A DNA stretch of 64,000 bases from Scyliorhinus canicula (lineage: Eukaryota), in assembly GCF_902713615.1 (NCBI RefSeq), contig NC_052157.1:25725203-25789202 (forward strand), in the 5' to 3' direction. Both the position numbers and the translations under genes were made by a program. This document shows, one piece after another, positions 50,377-62,061 of this stretch (position 1 is its first letter; each line of letters opens with the position of its first letter). The notes beneath the pieces are model-generated. The model did not search any database, had not been told where the DNA came from, and saw only the letters and a program-made list of their open reading frames with translations.

Positions 50377-50864
50377 TACAACTTTGGCTATCTTGGAGAA
50401 CAATATAAGTAACATGTTACCAGGAAATTAGTGAAATAATTTAGCTAAAATTAGATCGAATCTAAGAAGAAAGAAAACCAGCATGAGCTCAGACTTCAAC
50501 GGCAAGACTGCTTCCAGACCTGCTCCATCAACGCACACAGACAATTTCAGACCTCATCAAGAAACTGCAGACTCTGAAACAGTTCCGGACTTCGGGTAAA
50601 ATTGATGTAAATTGGAAAATATTTAAGCAGCAATTTCAACTATACCTCTCTGCCTCAGATTTAGATAATGCTAGTAATAATAGAAAACTTGCGTTATTTT
50701 TAACAATCACGGGCTATTGAACCATAATACCGCAATTCCATTTGTCAACCTGTGTCTGTAGTTCACCAATTCTATTAACCAAACTCAGTGCATTCACATA
50801 CATGCATATTAACCCCGGTTTAGGTTTTTCTTTTACTTACTCATACCCCATCTAATGATCTAGT

Positions 50865-51335
50865 AGATCATAGAATCACTACAGTGCAGGAGGCCATTTG
50901 GCCCATCGAGCCTGCACCAATCCTCTGAAGGAGCATCCTATCTAGACTCGCACCCCTGCCCTATCCCTGTAACCCCACCTAACCTTTTGACCCAAGGAGC
51001 AATTTAGCATGGCTAATTAACCTGAAGTCCCGAAAGACGTGCTGTTAGGTGAATTGTACATTCTGAATTCTCCCTCCGTGTACCCGAATAGGCGTCAGAG
51101 TGTGGTGATGAGGGGGATTTTCACAGTAACTTCATTGCAGTGTTAATATAAGCCATACGTGACAATAAAGATTATTATTGTTATATTATTGTTATAACCT
51201 GAACATCTTTGGACTGTGGGAGGAAACCAGAGTGCCTGGCCATGCTGGCACAGGAGAATGTGCAAACTCAACACAGGCCAGAATTGAACCCGGGTCCCTG
51301 GCGCTGTGAGGCAGCAGTGCCAACCACTATGCCAC
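50865..51335 (-). mobile_element. Family D SINE interrupted by an opposite-strand family C 3' half (about 51023-51195)
   Basis: Minus-strand tail and head flank a plus-strand 'aagtcccgaaagacgtgctgttagg...gacaataaagattattatt' segment. Confidence 0.75.
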
Positions 51336-54074
51336 CCATATTGCCTACTCTAATTCTATCAAACTCTTTAAGTACTTTATTTACCCTGATACTACTCACT
51401 GATATATCCCCATCAGTTAATACTTCTCTACTTACCACTGCCAGTTTCTTCCCCTCTCCACTCTGAATTTCCCCTCAGCTGCCCATCCCCCTGACAATCT
51501 AGTCTGACAATCCTTCCCATCAGCACTAGCTTTCTCCCACTCGAAACACCTCAGTTCTCAGCAAGTGCCCATGTGGGAAGAATACAATGCCCTCCTCTGT
51601 GGAGAGTTTGGAGTTGTGAAGCATTTAATTGGGCAGGATGCTGGCAGGTGTGGACCCCACCGCCTTCCCACCTTTGCCCCTATGTGAAAAAGCAGGTAAA
51701 ACAGTGTTAGTGACCAAGACGGATGCTTTTTAGGGTCCAGTTTATGCTCAAAATAAAGGGCACTGAACAGACTGGACTCATGGAGACTCAGGAAATGTCA
51801 ACCATTCAGGTACACCTTGTTGCTGCTAACTGGAGCTGAAAAACCCAGGCAGAGGGAATGATTGTCGAAGGACATTGAGAGTTTTGACCTCCCACGGCAA
51901 GGAGAGATGATTCTTTTTCTAAAGAGCTAGGGATAAATTTGAGACTACTACTTCAATGCTCCATATCGCCTGAAGCATGGCGGGAAGATAAAGCATTTCG
52001 TAAGGCATATTTTGGTTGATTTAGTTTGTGCAAAAAGTACATTTTTCTTTTGTTCGATGCATAAGTCTGCTGTTAGTTAATGTCCGATTCGTCTTGCTTT
52101 TAGTTTGTTTGTTACAGTAAAAGTTTTAAAAAGTAACATCTTGTCCATCGGTTTCTTTCCATTGGCTTCATGGAGATTCCTTTCTTTTAAGACGTTACCA
52201 GTCGCTGCAGGGATTGTGACAAACTTAAAAATAGGTTTCATTTCAATTAAACTGTACAGGAGAGGGAAAATGAGATGAAAAAAAATTGAAAAAGGTATTT
52301 TCCTGCACAGCAATATATTGTCACAATAGTGGAATAGATTATTATGGAGTAGATTTGTTCTGAATGCAAGAACAGGTATTTTATTTTTTGTGCATTCGAT
52401 GTTCCCTCTGTTGTGTGCAAGCTGCCTGTTGTTTTGCATGGTACATGCAAGATTGTTACGTGAATGCACATCCTGAAGTAAATGTTGTGCATGGCCTGTT
52501 TGTTGCACTGCATGGTATTTATTAGATGGCTCTGCAGTCGCACAGCTTAGCTTTCCAAACCATCTAAAATCCATATCCCCGCATGAAAATTAGTAGGAAC
52601 TCGAGCTTTTGCCGTACCAGTACACTAAAGGTTAGATTATAGTAAATACATTTTTACTCTTCCTGCAGTCTGATACTGATAAGAAATTTCTAGAATCAAG
52701 AGCTGAGCTCTGACACAGCACGTAGCTCCTTATCTACACATCGAAGGCAGGATCCTAACTCTACCAAGGTTTGTAAAATCCCTTGAACTCAAGATGTGCT
52801 GCCCACATTTGAGAGTCAAAAGTAATTACCTGTAAGTCAACAACTCCATGAGATCGAAGTAATTCTTATCCTCGCAAGCTACAGTAGATATTTGGGACAA
52901 CTTAAATCTTCACTTCATCACTGCTGAGTAAGCAGCAGTAGGGTTTGACTGGCAGATAGTGATATGACTTTCACTCCATTTATTTGCGTCACTAAGCATT
53001 GTTTTCCCCATGACCAGGGAGCAAATACCTTCCTTTTCTGAGGATAGCAGACAGAAATCAACACTGGAAGGAACAGAAAAGCTTCAAAAACACCAAAAAC
53101 TAAAATCGGGAAATATTTAAACTTGCATCAGCGCAGAAAAGATTTCACAATTGAAGGACTGGATTTTCAAATTGGTGCAGGGTCAGAAGGTCCCGCCAGT
53201 GGGAAGAGCTGTAAAATCCCACCCGATTATGTTTTTGGCTTATAAGTTGTGTCCATTCTATTTTCCAGTGGTACCTCAGTGATAATTTCCAACATGTCCT
53301 TCACCTCAATATGTCATGCTTACTGAGTCACGTTTTGTAATATCCCAATCTCTCTGTACAATCCGTAAATGTAAAAGATCTACAAAACGTTCATTATTGA
53401 TGACTTTTCTTTGCCATCTTCGTTTCCAATGTGTTTTCCTTCATCTCGCTCAAGACGTCTGAATTGAGAGGCACAGACAAGTTTGCAAATAAAATCATGT
53501 TTTGTGATTAAAATGTTTGTGTGTCAAACGTCTGACAGGAGAGCGATGACATTCCCAGAGAGGGGAAACAAAAACGTTTCATTTTAAAAAGTAAGCATGT
53601 GTATCATTTATTTTAATACAATAGGAAGAGACCAGCATTAAATTTGTCCAAGTTTTTATGATCCAACATGTGCTAAGATACAAATCCATTGTCAACAGAA
53701 AGAAGAACAGCAAATACATGTAATTTCTTTTCTTTTAGCACTGAAACTCATTTACTTGTTACCCAGAGTTATTAATATTGCAATATTACGTGATGAAAAA
53801 TTTAAACACTCGAGTAAAAAAAAGCAACGCCAGAATTTGAAAAAAGCAATGCCTTCCACTGAGCCTCTGTTGATATCAGCCTGCATGTTGCTGTTCCTTT
53901 GGTTTATTTTCAATGAAAGATATGTCAATATTTTTGTCTCTTGTTTGGGAGCCACTAACTAATTGTTTTTTCATAATTACTTGACACCACATTACCAATA
54001 GAACAAAGCACTTACTCCAGTTCAAATTTCTACTAAGCTGCATAATTTATGTTATGGTTAAGAATATAGCAAAG

Positions 54075-54520
54075 TTTAGCATCCCGGAGTTGGCGGGCTT
54101 GTCCTTTGAGGAGAGATTTGTTCAACTGGGGCTGTATTCACTCGAGTTTGGGAGGGTGAGAGGAGATCTGATTGAAATGTATAAAATTCTAGAAGGGCTG
54201 GACGGATTAGTTCCCAGGAGGGATCTAGAACCAGGGTACACAATTTCAGGATACGAGCTAGGCCATCTAGGACTGAGATGAGGAAAGATTTTGCCACTCA
54301 AAGGATGGTGAACCTGTGGAATTATCTCCCTCAGAGGACTGTGGAGGTCATGTCACTGAATATATTCAAGAAAGAGAAAGATTGTTTGTAGATTTTAATG
54401 GAATCAAGGGGTGTGAGGGGGAAGTGGGAATATACCATTGCGAAAGAGTATCAGTCATGATCATATTAAATGGCGGAGCAGGTTCGAAGGGCTGAATGGC
54501 CTACTCCTAGTTTCTATGAG
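54075..54520 (+). mobile_element. CR1 3' fragment
   Basis: 'GLSFEER..LGLYSLEF.RVRGDLIE.YKIL.GLD' and a CR1-type 3' end. Confidence 0.85.
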
Positions 54521-54724
54521 AGACAACTATAATACAGTTAACCAGCCCAAAATTGAAAAAGGAGCAATACTCCGCCAACTACATTCTATGCTAAATGTTT
54601 ATTGAGGCTTCCTCTTGGATTTGCCAACATTATTCACCCCCATTGCTCTCCCCACGCAATCAGTTTAACCTGAATTGTCTATTAATTTTCTCTCTTCTAT
54701 ACTTGAGTCAATTTTCCCCATGTT

Positions 54725-55113
54725 AAAAGTCAGAAGGTTCACATCTTTAGCACAGGAATTGGGACTGACACTCCCTTCCAGTACTGAGGAAGCGCTGCAC
54801 TGTCAGATATGCTGTTTTTCAGACGCGATGTTAAACTGAGATCCCATCTGCCTTCTCAGGTAGACATACGTCAAAGAAAGGGAGTTATCCCGGGTGCCTC
54901 GGCCAGTATTTATCCCTCATTCTGCACAATTCAAAACATATTATCTGGTAATGATCATATTACTGTGTTATTGATCTGGCTGTGTACAAATTGGCTCCTG
55001 CCTTTCTTACATTGCACCAATGATTACACTTCAAAAAATGCTTAATTGATGATAAAATACTTTGAGATATCCTGAGGTCATGAAGGACGCTATATAAATG
55101 CAAATCTTTCTTC
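54725..55113 (+). mobile_element. Deu-domain SINE (SacSINE1/AmnSINE1-like), old copy
   Basis: 'gtactgagg..gcgctgcactgtcaga..tgctgt.tttcaga.g.gatgttaaac.gag' and tail 'gcgctatataaatgcaa.tctttctt' recognised from the DeuSINE consensus. Confidence 0.75.
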
Positions 55114-55237
55114 TTACATTTGGAAGCTCAAATTATCTGTATCTTTTGACTTTATCTTTGTTTCATAAAATATAAGATTACAAATCAATAATATTTTGGA
55201 TGTCTCTAATTAGGCTTCATAGGTCCACAACAGCATA

Positions 55238-55930
55238 GGGCGGTATTCTCCCCCCCCCCCCCCCCACGCCGGGTGGGAGAATTGCCGGGGTGCCGCGCGA
55301 ATCGCACCACGCTGCCCCGACTCCCGCACGCGATTCTCCCACCCCCCCGAAACCAGTGCCGCGTGAATCGCGCTGGGCCACTCGGAGAATCGCTGCAAAC
55401 GGCGAGCAGCGATTCTCCGGCCTGGATGGGCCGAGCGGCTGGCGAAAAAATTGACAGTCCCGCCAGCACCATCCACACCTGGTCGCTGCCGGCGGGTACT
55501 CGTCGCGAAGGCTTGGGGGGGAGGGGGCAGCCTGTGGGGGGGCTCCTTCACCAGGGGGGGCCTTCGAAGGGGTCTGACCCGCAATCGGGACCCACCGATC
55601 GGCGGGCCGGCCTCTCCCCGCCCACCTCGGGCCTACTTTCCGCCGCAGCTGGCCCTGAACACGGACCCCATGTTTGGTTGGGCCGGTGCGCCTAAGACGT
55701 TCCCCGTGCATGCGCAGGATGGCGCGGCCCAACCGCGCATGAGCAGGTTTGAGCTGGCCCAACTGCGCATGCGGGGTTGGCGCGACGCCAAGGAGGCTGG
55801 AGCGGCGTGAACCATTCCAGCGTGTGCTGGCCCCCTGTGGGGGCCAGAATAGGTCATACCTGGGCCCTGTTCGCGCCGTCCTGAAATGCGACGCGTGAAC
55901 ACTTGGCCTCAATATCGGAGAATCGCCCCC
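55238..55930. mobile_element. PIF/Harbinger-type MITE
   Basis: TIRs gggcggtattctcc / ggagaatcgccccc, 3-bp TSD ata. Confidence 0.85.
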
Positions 55931-56399
55931 ATAATGTTTACCATCAATAAATAGCATGCCAGTTTAATCACCTACTACTGAATATAAGCCAAGCCATAAA
56001 TCCAAGAATTGCCTTGAAAATCCTTTCGATTATTTTCACCTTGTGTTACCCTTGGGTATGAGTTTCCTTTTCACCTTAAAATCCTTGTCCATTATTGCAC
56101 TGTATAAAGACTATTAACAGCCTAAACTGCCGGAGAATTTCCTCAGTTTTATTGTTGATAATGTTCGACGATACGGAGCACAAACGTCCACCAATCACGG
56201 CACGCCGTGGAATTCGGCCAGTTAATTCAGCAGACTTTGCAAAAACAGATCCTGGACATAGGCCACTCTCTCAGTCGGTCTGCATAAATCACATAATAAT
56301 GATTAAACTCATGCACATTGATATGTCTGTCAATATAAAATCAGTTTCGTATTCTCCTCTATTTTAATGTCGGATCAGTACACACAAATATTAGCTATT

Positions 56400-56750
56400 C
56401 CCTTTATTCTTTCCTGGGACGTGGCCGTCGTTGGCAAGGCCAGCGTTTGTTGCCCATCCCTATTGTCCTTGAACTGAGTGTCTTGCTAGGCCTTTGCAGG
56501 GGGGCAGTTCAGAGTCAACCACCTTGCTGTGAGCCTGGAGTCTCACGTAGGCCAGACTGGGTCAGGGTGGCAGATTTCCTTCCCTAAAAGGACATGAGTG
56601 AACCAGATGGGTTTTCACAGCAATCGACAATAGTTGTCATGGTCACCATTGCTGAGATGAGCTTTATATTCCAGATTGCAATTCCACCGGCTGCCGTGGT
56701 GGGATTTTAACCCGTGTCTTCTCTCGATTTACCAGTGACATCACCACCAC
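56400..56750 (-). mobile_element. Bipartite non-autonomous element: LINE 5' head/UTR fused to LINE 3' tail
   Basis: 56470-56700 resembles 31230-31640; 56400-56470 resembles the LINE tail at 33176-33230 and 34955-35027. Confidence 0.65.
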
Positions 56751-57169
56751 ATTTATTCTTAACAATCCTTAACCTCAGCTCCCAAATCGATTTGAAAATG
56801 TGCACTTCAAAACTTTTTTTTATTATTTTGGTTTCTCCATGCAAATTTATGCTGATTAAAATGAGAGACGGTGATGGGGTGAATGAAATATATGTCCATT
56901 TTGGGGAAGCGTATCTGCATCAGACACAACCAGGAGCAGAACAATCAGATGTGGAGTAAATGCTTGTCTACTCTGACCAACAAAATGCTTTTGTTTGCAA
57001 TATGAATTTCCTGTTTGATTCTTTCGGAGTCAGACTCTCGATTTGTGGCAAATTACCGACAGTTTTCAGCACGGACTCACTCCACACATAAACTGACCGA
57101 TTCCATCGCGCTGCATCACACAATAGGAGACTATATTCAAATTAGGAAGACCTGAGCTATTTCGCTAAC

Positions 57170-57480
57170 CCTATCAGCCTCACAATCCTTGGAGATCTCT
57201 GCATTTGTCCAGTGCTGGCCTCTTGCGCATTCCCAATTTTAATCACTCCACCACTGGCTGCTGTGTTTTCGGTCACCAAAGTCCTGAGCTCCAGTATTCA
57301 CACCCTAAACCTTGCTTTCCCCCTTTGAGGCACTTCTTACAAATGACCTCTTTCATCCTCAACCGCCCAAGAATCTCATTGGGTAGCTGAGTGTTACATT
57401 TTATCTGAAATGTTCCTGTGAAATACTTTGGGATATCGTCCTTTGTTCAGAAGGGTACCTGAATACAAGTTGCTGCTGTT
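57170..57480 (+). mobile_element. L2-like LINE 3' end, old
   Basis: Degenerate 'ggcctcttgcgcattccc...tccaccactggc...' segment and tail 'tgtgaaatactttgggat...atacaagttgctgctgtt'. Confidence 0.55.
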
Positions 57481-57599
57481 GGATAATGAATTTTTACACT
57501 GATCTGGTGAACTTGCAGTGAGCTTTAGTCCGTGATTATGAGCAGAAAAGCTCCATCAGCTTGGCTCAAGTCAAGAGAAATAATAATGTAAAGTTCTTA

Positions 57600-58224
57600 G
57601 GGGGCGATTCTCCGCCCCCCACGCCGGGTGGGAGAATAGCGGGAGGGCCTCCCGACATTTTCACGCCCTCCCGCTATTCTCCCCCCCCCACGCCCGACGC
57701 ACGCCACGAATTGCCGCTCGCTGTTTTTTACGGCGAGCGGCGATTCTCCGAGGCCGATGGGCCGGGCCTTCACGCCCATTTCAACACGGCAGCAAACACA
57801 CCTGCTTGCTGCCATCGTGAAACGGGCGCCAGATGCCCTTGTGGGCCCAATTGGCACGGCAGTACCATGGCCGTGCCAAGGGGGGCATAGGCCCGTGATC
57901 GGTGCCCACCGATCGCGGGCCGTGTGTCTGTAACGGACGCACTCTTTTCCCTCCGCCGCCCCACGAGATCAAGCCGCCACGTCTTGCGGTGCGGCTGAGG
58001 GAAAAGACGCCAACTGCGCATACGCGGCCGATGCCGGCGTGATGCTTGACATGCCGCCTTGACGACGGTCGTCAAGGCTGTGCCGCCGTGATGCACGGGG
58101 CCGCACTCCTAGCCTCGCCCGGGGGGGAGGATCGGCCCCGGAAGTGGGCGTGAAGGCTGCCATGGGTCACGGCCTGTCCCACGGCAGCCTTTACGATTCT
58201 CCGCATTTGCGGAGAGTCTCGCCC
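57600..58224. mobile_element. PIF/Harbinger-type MITE
   Basis: TIRs ggggggcgattctccgc / gcggagagtctcgccc, perfect TSD tta; about 300 bp homologous in inverted orientation to 50030-50376. Confidence 0.88.
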
Positions 58225-58356
58225 TTAATGTCTTGATCCTAAGAATGAAAAATGCATTCATCAGGACGGACCCTGACAAGTTATTAGCGGTTATAAGTGG
58301 TTAGCATATCTAGATAGCCGTCAGCTGTTTTTATCTTTGCTTTGGGTACACACCAT

Positions 58357-60145
58357 GGGCGGGATTCTCTGCCAAAACCGCGTTTGGTGCTCGGCTGGAG
58401 AATCCCCATTTACGCTGGAATCGGGGGGCGATGTTGTTTTTGCGATGATCCACCCCCTCAAAAATGCATGCCATATGGACAGCCTCAGGACGTCACCTGA
58501 GGCCCTCCCCTAATGCTCCTCCCCCGATGGGCTGAGTTCCCGACGACCTGGGACACGTGTGCTCACACCTGTCTGGAACTTTGCTGACTGAGTCCAGCGC
58601 TGCCAGTCAGGGGGAGCCGTTCCGCGAGCAGGGAGGGCTGGTGGGGGGTGGTCTGGGGGTGACGCGGCTGGCTACAGGGGGGCAGCTTTTGGCCGGCGCC
58701 ATGTTGCACGGTGCGGCTGCCACAGGCCATTGCCATGAGCTTGCGTGGCCACGTCCCTGACCATTCTCTGGCCGTATCCGCAGATTTGGATTGTGGATAT
58801 GGGCAGATTTCTACCCATCTTGCAGCTCATGAACTGCTGTCGGGGCTCCTGGCCCTTTAAGGGATGAGATCCCACCCCCATCTAAGAATTGATGGTCAAT
58901 CAGAGGGTTGGCAGCTCTTCATTACCAGCAGCGCCATCACTCACTGTGGCTGTTTTAGGGACTGCACCCACAGAACAGAAGCAGCATGAAGACTGTCCCT
59001 GGAAGAAGATAAGCGAGATCAGAATTGTCGGGGCCAATCAGGTGTGGTATATTGGCGAGGGCAGCGGGGAATTGCAGCAGAGGCAACAATTAAAGAGGCC
59101 GTTAAGTCGCTTCTTACAGACCTCAAACTGGCTTCTGGGCGGGAAGGCCGACTGCCACCTTCCCCACCACTAATAAAATTCCACGGCACTGGTATGGTGA
59201 CAGACATTCCTACCCCACCATCCCTCACCATTTTACAGAAACCAGCACTTATGTAACCTCCAACCCGCTCCCAAGAGGTCCATTAAATTTCACCAGTAAT
59301 GTGCCTCTCCCCCTGACTGCTGCAGCTTTAACAAACTATTCCACCCACACGATCCTCGCACGTATTGCGTCTAACCCGCTTAGTTTTTTAAAAAATGATT
59401 TTGTTCTCATTGCCAATAATGTAGAACTGGTTGTTTGAAAGAAAGAACATACAGTAAATGCAACTTTCCTTTCAATCATAAATTTACACTTTGGGCAGGA
59501 CTTTACTGGTCCCCAAAAGGCGGGAAGGGAGGTGGGCAGTGTGAATAAAATCATGGGGAGCTGTCTTAGAATCAACTCCCTGCCTCTGTTCCACCGTTGG
59601 TAATGGGAGCAGAGAATTTGCAATAAAAAAGCCATAGTTTAAGGTTCATTTTATGCAGCTGTCAGTATTTTGCCATTGGCAGCTCAACAACCCTCCCCCC
59701 AGCCACATAGGAAAACTTGTCTAAATGGAGGCAGCCTCCAGTGGTAGCTGGAGATGATAATTTATTTTAAGGGATGTAGCGGCCATGGGCAGAGAAGGTA
59801 GCCTTCGCAGCCCCAGTCAGAGAGGGGGCATTCCTACCCACTGCTTGAGTTTGTTTTGGCCTATCTGTTGTAGGCTTCAAGGCCTCTGCTTGTCTCAGCA
59901 AAGGCCACCGTACCTAGTGACGCTGGTGAGGGTCCTGAGCTGCCAAGACTTATAATTTGGCTGGAAGCTCTTGTACATGGACTGCCATCCTTAATTGGCA
60001 GCTGCTTATAGCATTGACGGGGGAGGGGGGGGGGGGGGGGGGGGGAAAGGAGAGTGGGAGGAGTCCTGCCGGCCTTCCATGCATTCTGCCAACCTGCTTT
60101 TCCAGCAGATTCGGGCCTTGCACCCGATCACCAAAATTCCGTCCC
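58357..60145. mobile_element. Cluster of older Harbinger-type non-autonomous elements (about 58357-58790, 58801-59295, 59493-60145)
   Basis: gggc(g/a)ggat/actt-type termini; the first is homologous to 23689-24278; other boundaries uncertain. Confidence 0.5.
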
Positions 60146-60418
60146 AACGTACAGAACAGGAGGTGATTTGAATTAATTCAAGGCTTCTCTGATTTAGAAA
60201 GCTCACGTTAAATCTATAAGGCCTTCATTTTCCTTCATTCACTAGTTTAAGTGGAAAAAGCAGGAATGAGTGTAAAGTGGAGAACATTGCACGAGAAAAA
60301 TATAATCTAAAAATCACCACATTCATTCATTGTGTGTGTCTGGGTTACATAATTTATCAAAAGGAAAGCACTCCACTCCCAGATTATATGTTTTTTTAAA
60401 AGAAATCACACCTGCTAC

Positions 60419-61340
60419 CTGTAATTTATTATTTGGAATATAAAGTGACGTCACATGGTTTTCAATCGTGGGAAGATTTCTCCGGCGATCCCAATGAAAT
60501 CCTTGTTCAGTGGCAGTACGAGTGGGAGAATCAATGCTTTAACGTTGCAGCTCTGTCTCCGGCACGGGCTCCACTTGACTTGGGACCACTGGGAATGTAA
60601 GGTTGTCAAATTCACTCTTTAGTGAATTAAATGTTGTTAATGCTAAACCTCCTCCACATACTTCAGTGTAGCATGTTTAATTAAACTTGAACTTCTTCCT
60701 CGTAACTGCTGGTTTTCTATCTCCACCAGCAGGTCAAGATAGAAGGAATAATTTACGATTCTGGAATCCCAACAGAGAAGGTGGTCAGAAAATCGCAGGC
60801 AGTGCAGGTGCGATTTTCCAATTGTAAAGTCACCCCTAGGGGCAGACAAAGCCCATAAGAAGGGCGCCATGACAACAGAAGAATCTATCACCAGCAGTCA
60901 TAGCAGCACTGGGATTTCAGCTGCCATTGGTATTCTTGTCCTGATGAACATTAATTCTATATGTCGCTGAATGACAAATTCCAGGGATGACCAAGCAACT
61001 GTTTGAAAAGCTCGTCATGACAGACACAACAATCACCACCGCCTTTCCTGACGAAAGGTTCCTGGTGAAAGGAATTGAACATGAAGAGGTTTTTGAAAAC
61101 TACAGGCCGGAAAATCCTCTGATCCTTGTTTTTGGAGCCTGTGAACGGCAGCCGATAGGCTGGCCCGAAACCGGGCCTGATGCTTCATGCGCGGTTTACG
61201 TACAAGGGAAAACCAGCGACAGCCCGCGTGCAGTTGGAGCTGCTTGCCTTGTCTGCAGTAGCACCAGGGTTAAGGCCCAGGAGAGAGGTTTGCAGTGGAC
61301 AACTGGTTCGCACAGAGTTGGGGCTAAGCTCCTTCCGGTC
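60419..61340 (-). other. Candidate long (about 920 nt) non-coding exon of the host gene
   Basis: Acceptor tttttaattttcaaaaccttcccgcag|G; donors CAG|gtagca (60419) or CAG|gtgtga (60412); TE-free, CpG-containing, many short AUG ORFs, no long ORF. Confidence 0.5.
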
Positions 61341-61805
61341 CTGCGGGAAGGTTTTGAAAATTAAAAAGCTGACAAACAAAAATTGTTGTTAGTTCATGGA
61401 CAGTGCTGAGACCACACTATCTGCTTCAGAATCACGAACGGCCGTTCAGTATAGACCTCATGCTGTGCCACTTACTCAGAAAGAGAAGACAATAAAAACG
61501 GAGAAAGTATGCTGATCCGAATTGCTCTTGTATACCTTAAAATGGAACACCAGTAAAAACTGGGAAATAAGAAGACTGGTCCAAATTGACTTTTCCTATT
61601 GGATTCTACAAGGTGACCTAAAAGAAGCTTTTGGACCGTTATCTATTTAAGAGTTTGAGAGAGTAACCTCTGTTCTTGGGAGCTGTGCTTGACTCAAGGG
61701 TGATTTTCCACTACCCTTGCCGACTTTGGTCCATAAATAATGCACCAACTTGTACCCTTTTTAGGCCCGTAAAACGATGTTGAATTTCACATGCGTATAC
61801 CAAAA

Positions 61806-62061
61806 TGATACTCTATAGATGTTTTGAAAGGGTCACTAAGAGTTCAACACAGGTTTGTGGGTCAGACAAACTTACCTTTATTTGCACTAATATTTACACA
61901 GCACCAGTAGTTTGCTACTGTTCTTTCTCGCCAGTACCTAACTGGCCGGATCTATTTGTACAACAGAAAAGGTTAGCGATTGCCCCGCCTCCTTATCTAG
62001 GGAGCTCATATTCCCAAGATCCAATTGTCCCAATCCAATACCATCTGAGCAGATTACAACA
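61806..62061 (-). mobile_element. Probable short solo LTR
   Basis: TG...CA boundaries, minus-strand AATAAA near 61880, GC box and CCAAT motifs; TSD ambiguous (A-run). Confidence 0.5.

Larger units (their letters stand above)
48459..50714 (+). mobile_element. Gypsy-type LTR retrotransposon 5' end: LTR (48459-50414), PBS-like tgttaccagga, truncated gag
   Basis: TG...CA LTR with TATAAAA and AATAAA; gag N-terminus 'SGKIDVNWKIFKQQFQLYL.A.......RKLALFL...G'. Confidence 0.8.
47567..50830 (-). mobile_element. CR1 ORF2 endonuclease-region fragment, split by the LTR element at 48459-50714
   Basis: 'CMYVNA.SLVN.IGEL' (about 50715-50810) continues as 'W.LNVPGYK', 'VYKPP', 'GDF..PNI.W' below 48458. Confidence 0.82.

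Noticed and set aside
51683-52220. Possible additional LTR relics (also about 24310-24570, 28965-29540, 46730-46970)
   Set aside because: LTR-like composition, but both termini and a TSD could not be identified.
55217-55957. 246-aa and other long ORFs in GC-rich blocks (35.1, 39.9, 49.9, 57.6 kb)
   Set aside because: They lie within MITEs, where stop codons are rare because of GC content; no transposase motifs.
60987-61364. 125-aa plus-strand ORF (MTKQLFEK...)
   Set aside because: No recognisable domain; splice signals favour a minus-strand non-coding exon.
61395-61412. Possible REST/RE1 site (atggacagtgct); also ttcagcac near 57065
   Set aside because: Only half-sites, without canonical spacing.
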